The notes: generated by a model from the letters alone, not told the origin. Shown: positions 38,382-48,939, numbered from the whole stretch's first letter. The stretch: DNA of 56,652 bases, filler included, from Jimgerdemannia flammicorona (GCA_003990765.1; 2 parts of 2 records of this genome joined end to end with filler, not necessarily neighbours in it), one strand, 5' to 3'. Translations and numbers: made by a program.

Positions 38382-39396
38382 ATGGACCTTGAGACAGGGA
38401 ACAAGATCAACACCACCGTCATTACCCTTGACGAGTTTGGCGCTGGGTATGGAACGCCGGTGACTCGCTCAAACATTGTTTCAAAATGTTGCACGGTATG
38501 TTTTGCAGACGACACTAGTTTCCGTTTGCGTTTACAAACAACTTAATGAATCCCCCTTTTTCTTTTTTTCTTTTTTTCTTTTTTTTTTTTTGCAGTATTA
38601 CATAACGTTGATATATACCACCTATGTAGCGGTGAAATTATCGGATGAATCCTACAACAACCGTCATTCTCCCGACCCAAAGAATTATCCTTCTGACCGC
38701 AACCGCGATATGCAGAGCCTTTATGTGGCACTTTTAATTGTGACAAGCACTTTCGTGCTTCTGCAAACGACACTTGGCATTGTGATTCTCGCCGGAAATC
38801 GAGATATCCTCGGAATGTATGTTTTGTACTACTCGTTGCATTTTCCCAAAGTTGAATCGCCACTAATTTACACATCTGTTTTTGATTTTAGTTTTGGTGC
38901 ATTATACAATTCTCCCTTCATGATTTGCTGTTTGCGCTTCAAGCCAGAGCACTCTGCAGATGGCGCCGATCGCCCTTTCGTGAAATCCGGCAAACTCACA
39001 CCCTCGCTACTCTCCCGCATACTCCAAGGCGTTTACGCTATCATGGCAGTCGCCATTCTGGGTAGTTTGCATTCCATATACCCGGATTCTTACGACGGTC
39101 GTACCGTTGTTGTGCCTCTGCTTGTCAAATTTGGCACAATGTTTCTGCAGGAGTATTGGGACGTTTTAGGCAGGGTAATAGAGAGAGATAAGCCCAAGCT
39201 TGTTGGGATATGCAGGAATTCTGATCGAGAGCCGACAATAGCCATCTGGTGTTACTATTGGACGACAATGGTGGTACTCGTGTTTTTCTCTGGAAGTCTG
39301 CTTGTTCTACTTAGTTGGATATTGCATGTTCTCTACAAAATAATAGAAAAACAAGGAGGCAGTATTATTTCAAATTCTCCTTTTCAATCAGCATGA
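38382..39396 (+). CDS. Uncharacterised multi-pass membrane protein, probably 3 exons
   Basis: Exons 38382-38495, 38596-38816 and 38892-39396, with GTATGT donors and TGCAG/TTTAG acceptors, in frame. Several hydrophobic segments (LYVALLIVTSTFVLL, VYAIMAVAILG, MVVLVFFSGSLLVLLSWIL). Confidence 0.7.
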
Positions 39397-40896
39397 CGTG
39401 TATATGATGTCCAATACTCTATTTTTCACAATAAAGATATATTTATATATTTGAAAGGTAGCCTTTGGCCAAAAAATATATTACAGTGAAGAGATGGATG
39501 TATTAGAGGTTGGGAAATGGACCATATAGACAGTTACCCGTTACATAGAAAACCGAGTCCTTTAATCACGTAATAATCGCATCCAATAAAACTATTTACA
39601 TGGAATTACCCCTCCAAAAATTGTTGCAATGGCTATATAACAATGTCCAGTTGTATTCCTTTTCAAATTAAAATGATTCGGACCACTTCATGGTTAATAT
39701 AGATGCGATTAACTCTGTCTACTTTGGCAGCGTGCCTGTCGATTTCCTCGACGATTTTCTACTGCCTCATGGAATCTGGGCAGCTTTCTTGTCTTTGGAA
39801 TTTCTGTCGTCCCCCGTATCCTCCCCATGCTGATGGGGGCGGAGCTGATTACAAATGAAAGGACCAAGTCAAGAATAGCGAATGTAATAGACGATGAAAG
39901 CAAAAATGGTCCCCGAGGAAATTATTAGGGACAAATTTCAGGTGGAGCAACTCAAAGCCAGTATTATACGGCAGAAGGTGGCGATGGTGTTCAAACTAAA
40001 GTTCCGATCCTATCCTGATACAGGTTGAAAGAAGTCAACCGGAATTCTGAAACCGGAAATGATGCTGATTCAGATTTGTGGTGCGCGACTTTGAGGCTTT
40101 GAGGAACGCGCACGTAATATTGTGTCCCCGCACAAAAGAATATGGAATCGTTGCAGTTCGGTTATAAATAAGTTCGGTATATGCTAAGCGTGCCTCCCCG
40201 ATCAACCAGTGAATTCCTAATATCGTATTTTGTGTATTTTCATCATTCTTGCTTCCCAAAGCAAGCACATTTCGTTCGTAATCATCCACTGAAATACCGG
40301 AACGGGCAGCTTGCGGTACCTTTGTCGTCAAGATTTTGAGGACAATAATTGAAGGGCAAATCTCAAGAAATGGTGTCAAAGGTAGATCCTCCGTCTCTAT
40401 ACCTCCTGCGACTTATTCTACCATTTGATGCCGACTTTTAAAAATCTTGTATATATATACTGAAGATATTGGACTGTCGTTTATTCAGACAAGTCACTGA
40501 GATATTTGTATGAAACCAATTTAAGCTTTAGTTTGGGATATTTTTGGACAGCTATTTTGAATGCAGAAGAGTTAAGATATTGTATAACTACGAAGAGCCT
40601 GAACATGCGGCAGCCAATCAGGGAAGAACGGATGCGAACACAAATTCATATGTTTACTTAATATAAAAGATTTCCTAAAATATACAACTCCCATATATCG
40701 AGCACATTTCCGTATGCACAACTCTCCCATCACCTTTCAACCTATGACCAACCATGCCGACCTCCTCGACCACGCTGACATCACCTGGAAAATGAGAGTG
40801 TAATTTTATAATTATGGCTGAAGAAAAGATTACTGTTTCAAAAAAAAAAAAAATCCGTAGGTGCTTTATACGTAACCCATACGTACCCAAATATGC

Positions 40897-41280
40897 TCAA
40901 GGGCAAAGAGAAGGAGCATTGGACGGACAGTAGATGGTATGCTTGGATGGAACATTAGTCATGTCCTGGTATCCCTGGTAGTCGATGCATTGAGCTGCAT
41001 CATCACAGTTGTAGCCGTTATATAGATAACAAGCTACTCCCGAAACTCGCGCCGAAAACAAGTTGGAAACGTAGGGTTCCTCGATGCTGTAACAGGTGTC
41101 GTAATTTGGGTAGTATGTTTGGCAATTTCCGGTAAAGTCTTTACCAGTACACAGTGTGTCGGTATTATATGAAGCGACTGAGACGTCAGTTTTGTTAACG
41201 TCAGTGGGAGGGGTAGTTGGGAGGACGGCGGCGGCGGCGGCGGCAGCGACGAGCATGGTCATGGCGGCAAAAATCTTCAT
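40897..41280 (-). CDS. Small secreted cysteine-rich protein (127 aa, 8 Cys), probable beta/gamma-crystallin-like fold; copy 1
   Basis: Signal peptide MKIFAAMTMLVAAAAAAA. Pattern LCTGKDFTGNC…SARV…CYLYNGYNC…GYQD resembles crystallin Greek-key motifs. Intact ORF with a TATAAAA upstream. Confidence 0.85.
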   Translation of the reverse strand: MKIFAAMTMLVAAAAAAAVLPTTPPTDVNKTDVSVASYNTDTLCTGKDFTGNCQTYYPNYDTCYSIEEPYVSNLFSARVSGVACYLYNGYNCDDAAQCIDYQGYQDMTNVPSKHTIYCPSNAPSLCP

Positions 41281-41571
41281 GGTTTTGGTTCAGTTCTGGG
41301 AGCGATAGTTGGATTTGTTATGCGATTGATCACTTGAGGTGGAGTTGAGTGAGGAAGGTGGGGGAGAATGCCGGTGGTTTTATACTCATTCATGGATTAC
41401 ATCAGGACCCCACAGAATTGGATTCGCAACCTCCTCAAAATTAGAGCGATAGTAGAATGTGAGATATTTTTAGGATTACGTCATATAGCATTTGGTTTCA
41501 GGCGGTGTGCGTATGCTTCTTTGTGTGTTCTATTTCCAGCTCTGATACATACCGGTTTGCTTGGCGTCTTA

Positions 41572-41980
41572 TGGGAATAAACTATTAGTTGGACCCCGAC
41601 ACGTCTTTTCTGTCGGACTCTGACACCGAACACCCTCCCCTCACTAGTAATAAGTCGATCGTCGAAGTTTCGGTTTGTGGGGGATTTTTATGGAATAAAC
41701 CATTGTTGGATTATGACACGTCCTTTCTGTCGGACTCTGGCACCGAATCCCCTCCCCCTTAGTTGTATGTAAATTGTCTTGTAACATCGAAAACTCGCTT
41801 TATGGGGTATAGATTATTAGTTGGATACGACACTCGGGCCCCGGCACCGGACCCCTTGTGGTATGTCGATCGTTTTGTAACATTGAAAACCCGGTTTATG
41901 GGGGGGGGGATAAACTATTAGTTAGACCCCGACACGTTTTTTCTGTCGGACTCTGTTACCGTCTTGTAATATCGAAATTA
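41572..41980. promoter_or_regulatory. Array of four ~105-120 bp degenerate repeats upstream of secreted-protein copy 1
   Basis: Units start near 41572, 41691, 41803 and 41907. Core GAATAAAC…CCGACACGTCTTTTCTGTCGGACTCTGACACCGA. The regulatory role is an inference. Confidence 0.7.
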
Positions 41981-43320
41981 GATTTTGTCTTTTACAAACG
42001 AATATCATTCATAGAAAACGATGTAATAATCTACCGTATTCTCATGTGCATAAAAGTTCCAGATGTCTCAGTTGCGAAGGAGGAAAGCAAATGTCGGAAA
42101 TGTGGAATAGTGGGACATAATGTCCAATAAGAATCAAGCGGATGTATGGGAAAGAATAACTTACCCTAACAGAGTTTCAATCGACAACCAGTATTCTCTG
42201 CGGGAGATTGTTTTTTTTTTTTTTTTTTCGTGGCGTATAAGCAAAAATAACTATGATTGATCCAATGGATATAACAGGGTGGACTGTGATTTAATAGGTA
42301 GGTAATGCCCCGAAGATGGCGAGACCCCGCATCGTTTCCCGCTTTGGTTTGTTTATATCCCACAGGGAAACGTGTTTGCATGTGACCGTCTACGGAGTAC
42401 CTGGTTATTGTAAATACGGTTTATGTTTATTTCGGAAGTATAGCGTTCATACCTTTCCCCATTAACTTACGACCGGTCCACCTGACAGTGGATCACGGAG
42501 AAAAGCAAGCCTACAATTGGCCAGTCAAAATAGCCGAAACCATAACGCCGTGTGGCGTGAACTTCCATAATAAATATTTATCTGCTTCCCGACGTTCAAT
42601 CGATCATTCCTTAAGAATATGAAAGAAAATCTGGGGGTGCAAATGAGAAAAGCATCAGTATAATTGGTTATGGAAACAATACGTATATACAAAGTAAAAG
42701 CATCATTATAATTGTTTACGGAAAAATACTTACAAAGTGGGGTTACTCGAGGGGGTTGTTTTTTTTTTTTTTTTTTTTTTTCATTAAAAAAAGTGTATCT
42801 TGTTGCTTACATCAACAGGTGGATCGCGCGGATGGGCGAACCGACTTGTAGATTATAAGGCAAAGTGTAGGTGTCATGGTGATTATCGAATTCAAGTGAT
42901 CATGTTTCATTCATGCCCGCCCCCGATTTCCCGGTGAGCGAAGCGCCCACTTAGTGAACATGTTCATTGTTTTCACGGCACTACCGCATCACGATTTAAC
43001 TCGATTTAGTTGTACTTATACATCACTTCGATCTGTTTAGTTGACAAAGTAATTGAAAACATATGGTAGATCCATCCGGGGAGTACATTGTAAATGTGAA
43101 GGGTGATCGCTAGCGCCGCAGATCGTCGTGTTTAGGTTTTGGTAAACTGAGGAATGATCAGTTTTACACCTTGAAGTCAGCAGCTCAAAATGTAAACGTC
43201 ATCATTACGTCAGCAAACGTCAATCAATCCATATGAACTTACAAATCTGTACTCTTGCTAGGCGAAGTACGATATCAATCGACGAAAAATCCGTAGCTTT
43301 TGGCGTAAAAAACCTTCAAT

Positions 43321-43534
43321 TCAGCCATAGCGATCGTAGCATTTGTCGTGGGCCCTGCAGGCTTCATCACCGGCGTCAATGGCCGTAGTAGATCGAGGGC
43401 TTGGAATGCTTGCTCCGCATCCTTGATATCACTGGATAGATCGTTGAGTGGGACCCTCGGGAATGAACAACACCTGTGAATATAACCAGAAGGAACAGGA
43501 GAGCGAAGAAAGCTGAGAACTTGGTGGAGATCAT
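43321..43534 (-). pseudogene. Secreted phospholipase A2 pseudogene, copy 1
   Basis: Signal peptide MISTKFSAFFALLFLLVIFTG, then across frameshifts VPLNDLSSDIKDAEQAFQA, SIYYG and IDAGDEACRAHDKCYDRYG*, which holds the sPLA2 His-Asp motif. Confidence 0.8.
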
Positions 43535-44461
43535 GTTTTGGGAGTATTTCAAATCAAGAGAGTGTGAATGCCATTGAATCGTGGGCGTTCGGTGAGGAAA
43601 TAAAACCTGTATTACTAGGGGCGCATCACTCCTCAAGCAAGCACATTTCGCCCGCCACCGTCCACTGAGACCCCATAACACCAGCCTCCATATTAGCACT
43701 GACACAAATATAACAAATTTTTGGCTTTCATCACTTGCGTTATTCGTCCGCAACTTTCTCGTATGACCCGCACGCCAACATTCCTGCACCTCGAAAATTG
43801 AATTTCACCTACGCCAGAAATTTGAACGATCAAATCTTGATCCTCCACATTGGCATGGGCGTCATACTCCTGAAAGGTGTCACCTTTGTCGTAAAGTTCT
43901 TTGAGGGCAATAATAGAAGGCAAACCTCAAAAAATGGCTTAAAACGAGATCCTTTATCTCTATATCTCACAGTTCTACTATTCGGTGCTGACTTCTTCGA
44001 AATTTTTTTGCCCTGAAGTTATTGAACTGTCATTTATTCAGACAAGTTGCTGGGATATTTATATGAAACTACTTTAAGCTATATTTTGGATAAATATTGA
44101 ATGCAGAAGAGTTACGATATCGCATAACGTATTTACCAGGAAGGAGGGGTAGGACGAATACGAACACATTTCCTAAAATATAATTACAGCTTCCAGAGAT
44201 CAGGTACACTTTCATATGCAAACTACCCACCAAGCCTCTTACACAACTCTCCCATCAATCTTCAGCCTATGACCAACCATGCTGACCTCCTCGATCATGT
44301 CGACCTCCCCGAACACGCTGACATCACCTGGAACATGAATCCGAATGAGAGATGAGAGCGGGTATAAGTTTATAATTATGGCTGATGAAAAGATCACTGT
44401 TACCGAACAAAAACACCCCCCCGTAGACGTTTTAGACATAACCCATACGTACCAAATATGC

Positions 44462-44845
44462 TCAAGGGCAAAGAGAAGGAGCATTGGACGGACAGTAGAT
44501 GGTATGCTTGGATGGAACATTAGTCATGTCGCGGTATCCCTGGTAGTCGATGCATTGAGCTGCACCATCACAGTTGTAGCCGTTATATAGATAACAAGCT
44601 ACTCCCGAAACTCGCGCCGAAAACAAGTTGGAAATGTACGGTTCCACGATGCTGTAACAGGTGTCGTAATTTGGGTAGTATGTTTGGCAATTTCCGGTAA
44701 AGTCTTTACCAGTACACAGTGTGTCGGTATTATATGAAGCGACTGAGACGTCAGTTTTGTTAACGTCAGTGGGAGGGGCAGTTGGGAGGACGGCGGCGGC
44801 GGCGGCAGCAGCGACGAGCATGGTCATGGCGGCAAAGATCTTCAT
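44462..44845 (-). CDS. Small secreted cysteine-rich protein (127 aa), copy 2
   Basis: Five amino-acid differences from copy 1; intact ORF. Confidence 0.85.
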   Translation of the reverse strand: MKIFAAMTMLVAAAAAAAVLPTAPPTDVNKTDVSVASYNTDTLCTGKDFTGNCQTYYPNYDTCYSIVEPYISNLFSARVSGVACYLYNGYNCDGAAQCIDYQGYRDMTNVPSKHTIYCPSNAPSLCP

Positions 44846-45209
44846 GGTTTTGGGTCAGTTTCTGGGATCGAGAGTTGGATTTTTTATGCGATTGATCGCT
44901 TGAGATGGAGTTGAGTGAGGAAGGTGAAGTTGAATGAGGAAGGTTGAGATAAGTGAGGAAGTTGGGCGGGAGCTGCCGGTGGTTTTTATACTCAATCATG
45001 GATTACATCAAGGCTGCACAGAGTTGGATTCGCAACCAGGACAATGGAAGGGTGTGAGATATTTTTAGGATTACATTATACAGCATTTTTTTTCATCTAT
45101 TTTCACGGTGGTATGCGTATATACGCTTCTTTGCGTGTTCTATTTCTGGCTCTGATTCCTATCCGGATTGCGTTGGCGTCTTTCCCTCAGTTTATAGGGT
45201 ATTTTTTTA

Positions 45210-45700
45210 GGGAATAAACTATTAATTGGACCCGACACGTCTTTTCTGTCGGACTCTGACACCGAACCCCTTTCCAGTGGTCTTGTAACATCGAAATCTC
45301 GGTTTGTGTGGTATTTTTAATTGAATAAACTTGGTTGGATCGATACGTCTTTTCTGTCGGACTCTGACACCGAACGCCCTCCCCTCTCTAATGATAAGTC
45401 GATCGTCGAAGCTTCGGTTTGTGGGGTATTTTTAGGGAATAAACCATTGGTTGGATCATGACACGTCCTTTCTGTCGGACTCTGACACCGAATCCCATCC
45501 TGTCTTAGTTGTATGTCGATTGTCATGTAACATCGAAAACTCGCATTATGGGGTATAATTATTAGTTAGACCCCGACACTCGGACCCCGACACCGGGCTC
45601 TTGTAGTATGTCGATCGTTTTGTAGCATTGAAAACCCGGTTTATGGGGGACGCGTTCTTTCTGTCGGACTCTGTCACCGTCTTGTAATAACGAAATTAAA
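45210..45700. promoter_or_regulatory. Array of five degenerate repeats upstream of secreted-protein copy 2
   Basis: Units near 45210, 45321, 45435, 45550 and 45650 (partial), with the same core as 41572-41980. Confidence 0.7.
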
Positions 45701-46933
45701 TTTTGCCTTTTGCAAACGAATATCATTTTAAAGCCGAGGCCAAACTCTTCATAGAAAACGATGTAATAATCTACGGTACCCCTTTTTCATGTGCATAAAA
45801 GTTACAGATGTCTCAGTTGCGAAGGAGGAACGCAAATGTCTGAAATGTGTAACAGTGGGTCATAATGTCCGATAAGAATCATGCGGATGTATGGGAAAGA
45901 ATAACTATCCTAACAGAGTTTCAATCGACAAGCAGTATTCTCTGCGGGAGATTGTTTTTCGTGGCGAATATAAGTAAAACAAGCAAGGGATATAACAGGG
46001 TGAAGGTTTTGTTTTGCCGTGAATAAGTTTGTAAAGGACTGTAATTTAATTAGTAGGTAATGCCCCTTGGATGGCGAGACCCCGCATCGCCTATCCCGCT
46101 TTGGTTTGTTTATAACCTACAGGGGAACGTGTTTGCATGTGACCGTCTATGGCTGTAACATCACAGTTTTCCCCAATAACCTAATTACGACCTGCCCACT
46201 AGTCTCAACCTGGCAGTGGGTCATGGTGAAAAGCAAGCCTACAATTGGCCAGTTAAAATATCAGAAACCATAACGCCGAGTGGCGTGCACCGCCATAAAC
46301 ACGTCACAATTCGGTCAATCGATCACTCCATAAGTAACAATGAATATAAAAAGAAAAGCTGGGGGTGCAAATGAGTAATAAAACAATCATTATAATTGGT
46401 TGTGGAAACAATACTTAACTTGTGGGGTTTTTTTTAAAAAAAAATTATTAAAAAAAAGTGTGTCTTGCTTACACACATCAACAGGTGGATCGCGCGGATG
46501 GGCGAACCGACTTGCAGATTATAAGGCAAAGCGTAGGTGTCATGGTGATTATCGAATTCAAAGTGATCATGTTTCATTTCTCATGCCGCTGATTTGCCGG
46601 TGAGCGAAACGCCCATGTTCATTGTTTTCACGGCACTACCGCATCATGATTTCACTCGATTCGGTTGTACTTACATATATTTCGCTTCGATCAGTTTAGC
46701 TGACAACGTAATTTGAAACAATATGGTAGATCCATCCAGAGAGTACATGGAGTGATCGCTAGCGTCGTGTTTAGGTTTAGGTAAACTGAAGTCAAGAAAG
46801 GAATGATCAGCTATACACCTTGGGGTCAGCAGCTCAAAATGTAAACGTAATCATTACGTCATCAAACGTCAATTAATCTTTATGAATACTCACAAAACTG
46901 TACTTTTGCCGTAGCTTTTGGCGTAAAAAACCT

Positions 46934-47170
46934 TCAATTCAACTGGCTCAATTTGGCATATTGTCCATAGTCACACCTGCAGTTAAACTAGCCATAGCGA
47001 TCGTAGCACTTGCCGTGGGCTTCATCAACGGCGTCAATGGCAGGGGATTCCCAGACGCGGAGTAAAATGGACCACAACAGTTTCCGTAACAGATCGAAGA
47101 TGCCGCGAAGTCTTGGATGGCATGCTCCGTATCCTTGACATCACTAGTTTCGGAAGGAGAGCGAAGAAAG
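46934..47170 (-). pseudogene. Secreted phospholipase A2 pseudogene, copy 2
   Basis: SDVKDTEHAIQDFAASSICYGNCCGPFYS, a frameshift, then PAIDAVDEAHGKCYDRYG*FNCRCDYGQYAKLSQLN*. The 5' end is removed at the MITE junction. Confidence 0.8.
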
Positions 47171-47284
47171 TGGATCCAATTTGAATTGAATCCAATTCGA
47201 ATCGAAAAATCCTCAATTTGATACAATTCGAATCAACCCCAATTTAATTTGATTCAAATTGATTCAATTCATTTGGAAGCACTA
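47171..47284. mobile_element. One end of the hAT-type MITE family seen at 54202
   Basis: GAATTGAATC/GATTC subrepeats ending in CATTTGGAAGCACTA, matching the right TIR at 54585. Confidence 0.75.
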
Positions 47285-47380
47285 ATTATACTTATATATT
47301 ATAAATTCTCTATAGCCTTATTGAAGTAAAAAAAAAAAATGAATAAATTTATAATTTATAAGCTTTTTAAACATACTCCC

Positions 47381-48939
47381 TGTTGTAGAATACTTGGGGA
47401 AAGACAGGTGGAGAGAAGCATTGTTTACTAGCAATTCACGCTTTTACGCGTCAAGATTGATGACATTTACATGATGACGTCGTTAGGATGCGCCATAGCT
47501 ATATAACTAAGATATTCAATGCTCCTTTCTCCACTACCTTACTGGTCACAATGGTTTGGTAGGCAACCTTCCAAGTCCACTTTCCACAATTATTACTCCC
47601 TCTATCTCAGGTTGGTTTGCTGTACCTGTTGTAGGGCAGTGGAAGGGAGGCAATGGTGATGAGTTGCTCCTTTATCAGTATCAGATTGGTGTCTTCTCCA
47701 CTTTTTTGCAGTTTCTGATACCTTCAGCTGTGTCTGAAGTGCATCCATTTTGGTGTGGTGCCTTCTTTCTTTTGCTGTCACCAACAAGGTGCTGTCTCAG
47801 TATGTCATGGGCTCTATAGAGAGCCAGCTGACCTTGGGTATTAAGTGCTCAGTATAGGTTACCTGTAGGTCCTCAGTATCTGTGGTGGGGCTTTCTGGCT
47901 TTGGTGAGCTTCTTGGCAAGCATAGTTCTGGCATAGGTGACTGTTTTTTGGGTATTGTCAGGATGGAAGGAGAGATGACCATTATAGATAGGAGGAAGGG
48001 TGATAATGGTGAACCAGTAGGGTACCAGACTGGGAGCAGTCATTGGGGCTGAGGTGAGTACTGCTTCAGTGGGGTCTTTTGATTGATGTAGAGTGGTTAG
48101 GTGGTAGGTATCACTCTTGGCTTCTTTTGGTAATTTGGTAGGTTGGATCCCAGTCATTAAGAGGAGTCAGGGGGCCTGAAGCTATCTATTTCAGATATCT
48201 TGGCTGTACTCAACTAAAACTAGAAGCTGACATAGTAACATGATCAAGGCTTACAGGCTTGAGTAGTGGGATATTGGGGGTCTCCTTCCACCTTATATGT
48301 AAGTTCTTTACTCACCTCAACTGGAAGAACCAGGTCCTACCTACTGTAATGTACTTTGATGAGGATTTTTCTTTATCTATCATTTTCTTTAGAGTGGCAG
48401 AGACTATTCTATTTGGCTCAAGCATGACCTTGTATATACATTGGGGTCTCAGGTATGTACTTTCAGTCATTGGTATATGGCTGAGTTCTCTCTGATAGTA
48501 GGAAGAGTATAGTGTGTAGAATGAGATGTGAACAAATATAGATCCTGCTGCATCTGATATGTATAGTTGAGCTGCTGGACAATAGCTAGCCTAGATTAAT
48601 GGGGAGACAGTGCTTGATGGGTGGTGGGGGAGGGTTTTGGCCTATATAGTCTAGGTTCCCTTCTAATAAAAATCTATAGAATATTAAGTCTGTTAAAAAA
48701 TATATATATATATATATATAATTAAGATTTTTCAACACTTCCACTCAATGAGATATATATGAAAATAAAAGAACATAATATGTAAGAATTAAGCTACTGG
48801 AATGTAATGCTGAAATACTATCTATATACTAAAAAATATCTGAATTCTCTGCTTATAAGCCAGAAAATAGGTCAAGAATATAGTAAAAGATCATCTGTAG
48901 CTAAATAAAACTAGTAATATTAAAGAGACTTATTAGTCA
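47381..48939 (-). mobile_element. Copia-type 3' LTR (47381-48737, interrupted by the SINE-like element), PPT and short internal remnant
   Basis: TGTTG…CAACA termini. Similar to the LTRs at 29679/32262 (AGAAGCATT…TCAAGATTGAT). Followed by CTTCCACTCAA, a minus-strand PPT. Confidence 0.7.
47521..48700 (+). mobile_element. ~1.2 kb non-coding poly(A) retroelement (SINE-like), copy 2, with ~20-bp TSD
   Basis: 5' GCTCCTTTCTC; 3' AATAAA (48665) and an A-tail. Flanks are CTATATAACTAAGATATTCAA (47499-47519) and TATATAATTAAGATTTTTCAA (~48715-48735). Confidence 0.82.

Larger units (their letters stand above)
40315..43512. repeat. Tandem segmental duplication, unit 1
   Basis: Colinear similarity with 43880-47170 from TTTGTCGTMAAG to AGGAGAGCGAAGAAAG; offset ~3.57-3.66 kb. 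Confidence 0.9.
43880..47170. repeat. Tandem segmental duplication, unit 2
   Basis: Colinear with 40315-43512; ends where a MITE fragment starts at 47171. Confidence 0.9.

Noticed and set aside
39709..40379. Short ORFs between the membrane-protein gene and the duplication
   Set aside because: No recognisable motifs, splice structure or consistent strand.
41572..41980. Hairpin-containing repeat array as a CRISPR array
   Set aside because: The sequences between cores are homologous to each other rather than unique spacers, the repeats are degenerate, there are no cas genes, and the context is eukaryotic.
43376..43789. 137-aa minus-strand ORF as an intact gene
   Set aside because: Only the part from ATG 43534 is meaningful (PLA2 signal peptide); it then runs out of frame relative to the PLA2 motifs.
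47521..47620. tRNA-, 5S- or snRNA-derived head, or a ribozyme, in the SINE-like element
   Set aside because: No A/B boxes, snRNA signature or ribozyme core could be recognised by eye; an Infernal search on a restored consensus is needed.
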